A stretch of 64,000 nucleotides of DNA from Chrysomallon squamiferum (Eukaryota; Animalia; Mollusca): positions 7,502,001-7,566,000 of the forward strand of contig CM022678.1 of NCBI GenBank assembly GCA_012295275.1. Direction: 5' to 3'. Under the pieces are notes generated by a model that did no database searches, was not told the origin of the DNA, and saw nothing but the letters and a program-made list of their open reading frames with translations. A program made the translations under genes and the position numbers. Below are positions 63,034 to 64,000 of the stretch, in pieces (positions within the stretch are counted from its first letter, which is position 1; each line of letters begins with the position of its first letter).

Positions 63034-63256
63034 CTGCAAGTATGTCCACAGTTTGTAATTCAAGTGCGTAACTAGACTCGTTTTGAAATGAGGCAGAAAC
63101 ACTTAAACGCCTATAAACCTATTTGATGTCTGGTGTCTTTGAAGTCGGTTATGTCTTTCATTGCAACGATGTCGGCAGACTTCAAACGGTAGCCGTAGAC
63201 ATAAACGAATTCATTCAGCTGATAAAGTTTCTATCGTATATTAAATAAATAAATAA

Positions 63257-63288
<32 letters not shown>

Positions 63289-63439
63289 AAGTTCGTCAAT
63301 ATTGTTATGCAGCATTTGCCTCATTTGCCTCAGTGTAGTTATGGCCGTGCACATGTGTAGACAGACAGACATATAGACAGATAGATAATTGTATAATCAT
63401 GTAGCCACCACATAGATAGATAGATAATTGTTTAATTAT

Positions 63440-64000
63440 ATAACCACGGCCAAAAGAGACTTTACCTCTGTAAGAACTGAAGAACAAGCTGAAACTTAAA
63501 CCATCGTAAAACACGCGGCCCAAATGGACAATGACGTATGCAGGAAGTGATACATTCCCCACGTCACGTTTTGGGAAGAACACGCGAAAAAGAATGAAGA
63601 TCACCACGTGCCTCACGAACAGCCGTATCTGCACGTGCAGCTCGGTTATACAAAACGCGGTTCAGACGGCATGAAACACATGCACGGTTTTAAGAAACGT
63701 CATCGCAGAAATGCAACTAACGACACGTACCGAACAACTCGATAGACGTGGTACATACGGTAACTACCACTGCCTTCGAAGCAAGATCCCTCGGTTGTTC
63801 CTGTACTGCTGTAACTAGATTGATGCGACTTGACAACGCCAGACCCTATACACACAGAATCGTACAAAACGTCTTTAGAAACAGCAAAGCGAACGAGTTG
63901 CCGGTAACTGCATGCTCGCCATGCACGTCGTCAAACGATGATGTCCTGGATTGTCGTGTACGACAACATCCATAATCCAGGCAAACAACGATAGCTGATT
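63440..64000 (+). mobile_element. Heavily decayed Tc1/mariner-like transposase remnant in a GALNT intron
   Basis: 63829-63972 translates LDNARPYTHRIVQNVFRNSKANELPVTACSP...LDCRVRQ, resembling the Tc1 motif QDNARPH....WPAxSPDLxPIE..W..L.RRVR. The left boundary is a guess. Confidence 0.6.

Noticed and set aside
63305-63634. Minus-strand ORF with a GTAAAG donor as a possible upstream GALNT exon
   Set aside because: No similarity to the expected GT27 segment; the region is better explained as a plus-strand Tc1 remnant.

Overview
Eukaryotic, AT-rich, microsatellite-dense genomic DNA from an invertebrate, probably a mollusc and perhaps a gastropod (inferred from gene content and repeat style). Nearly all entries in the ORF track are microsatellite noise. 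Four genes were reconstructed by hand from GT-AG junctions. (1) The 3' half of a Slo2/KCNT-family K+ channel on + (17 exons, <1-19178; RCK1, RCK2 and a long charged tail). (2) An UNC5C-like (UNC5CL/ZUD-type) TM-ZU5-UPA-death-domain gene on - with one coding exon (28132-30162). (3) A complete 5-exon C1D gene on - (53882-49949, 153 aa). (4) The 3' part of a polypeptide GalNAc-transferase (GALNT) on - (63033-56198), whose last exon carries an apparent 1-nt frameshift. Repeats include a 5'-truncated LINE, three copies of a short element that looks like a retroposon 3' end (two with an intact hairpin), decayed SINE fragments, a Tc1-like remnant and many minisatellites. The most unusual pattern is that tandem duplications repeatedly span exon boundaries in all four genes, leaving arrays of decoy splice sites. 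CpG-poor and CpG-rich blocks also track the transcription units. I found no prokaryotic-type system, CRISPR array or RNA gene.
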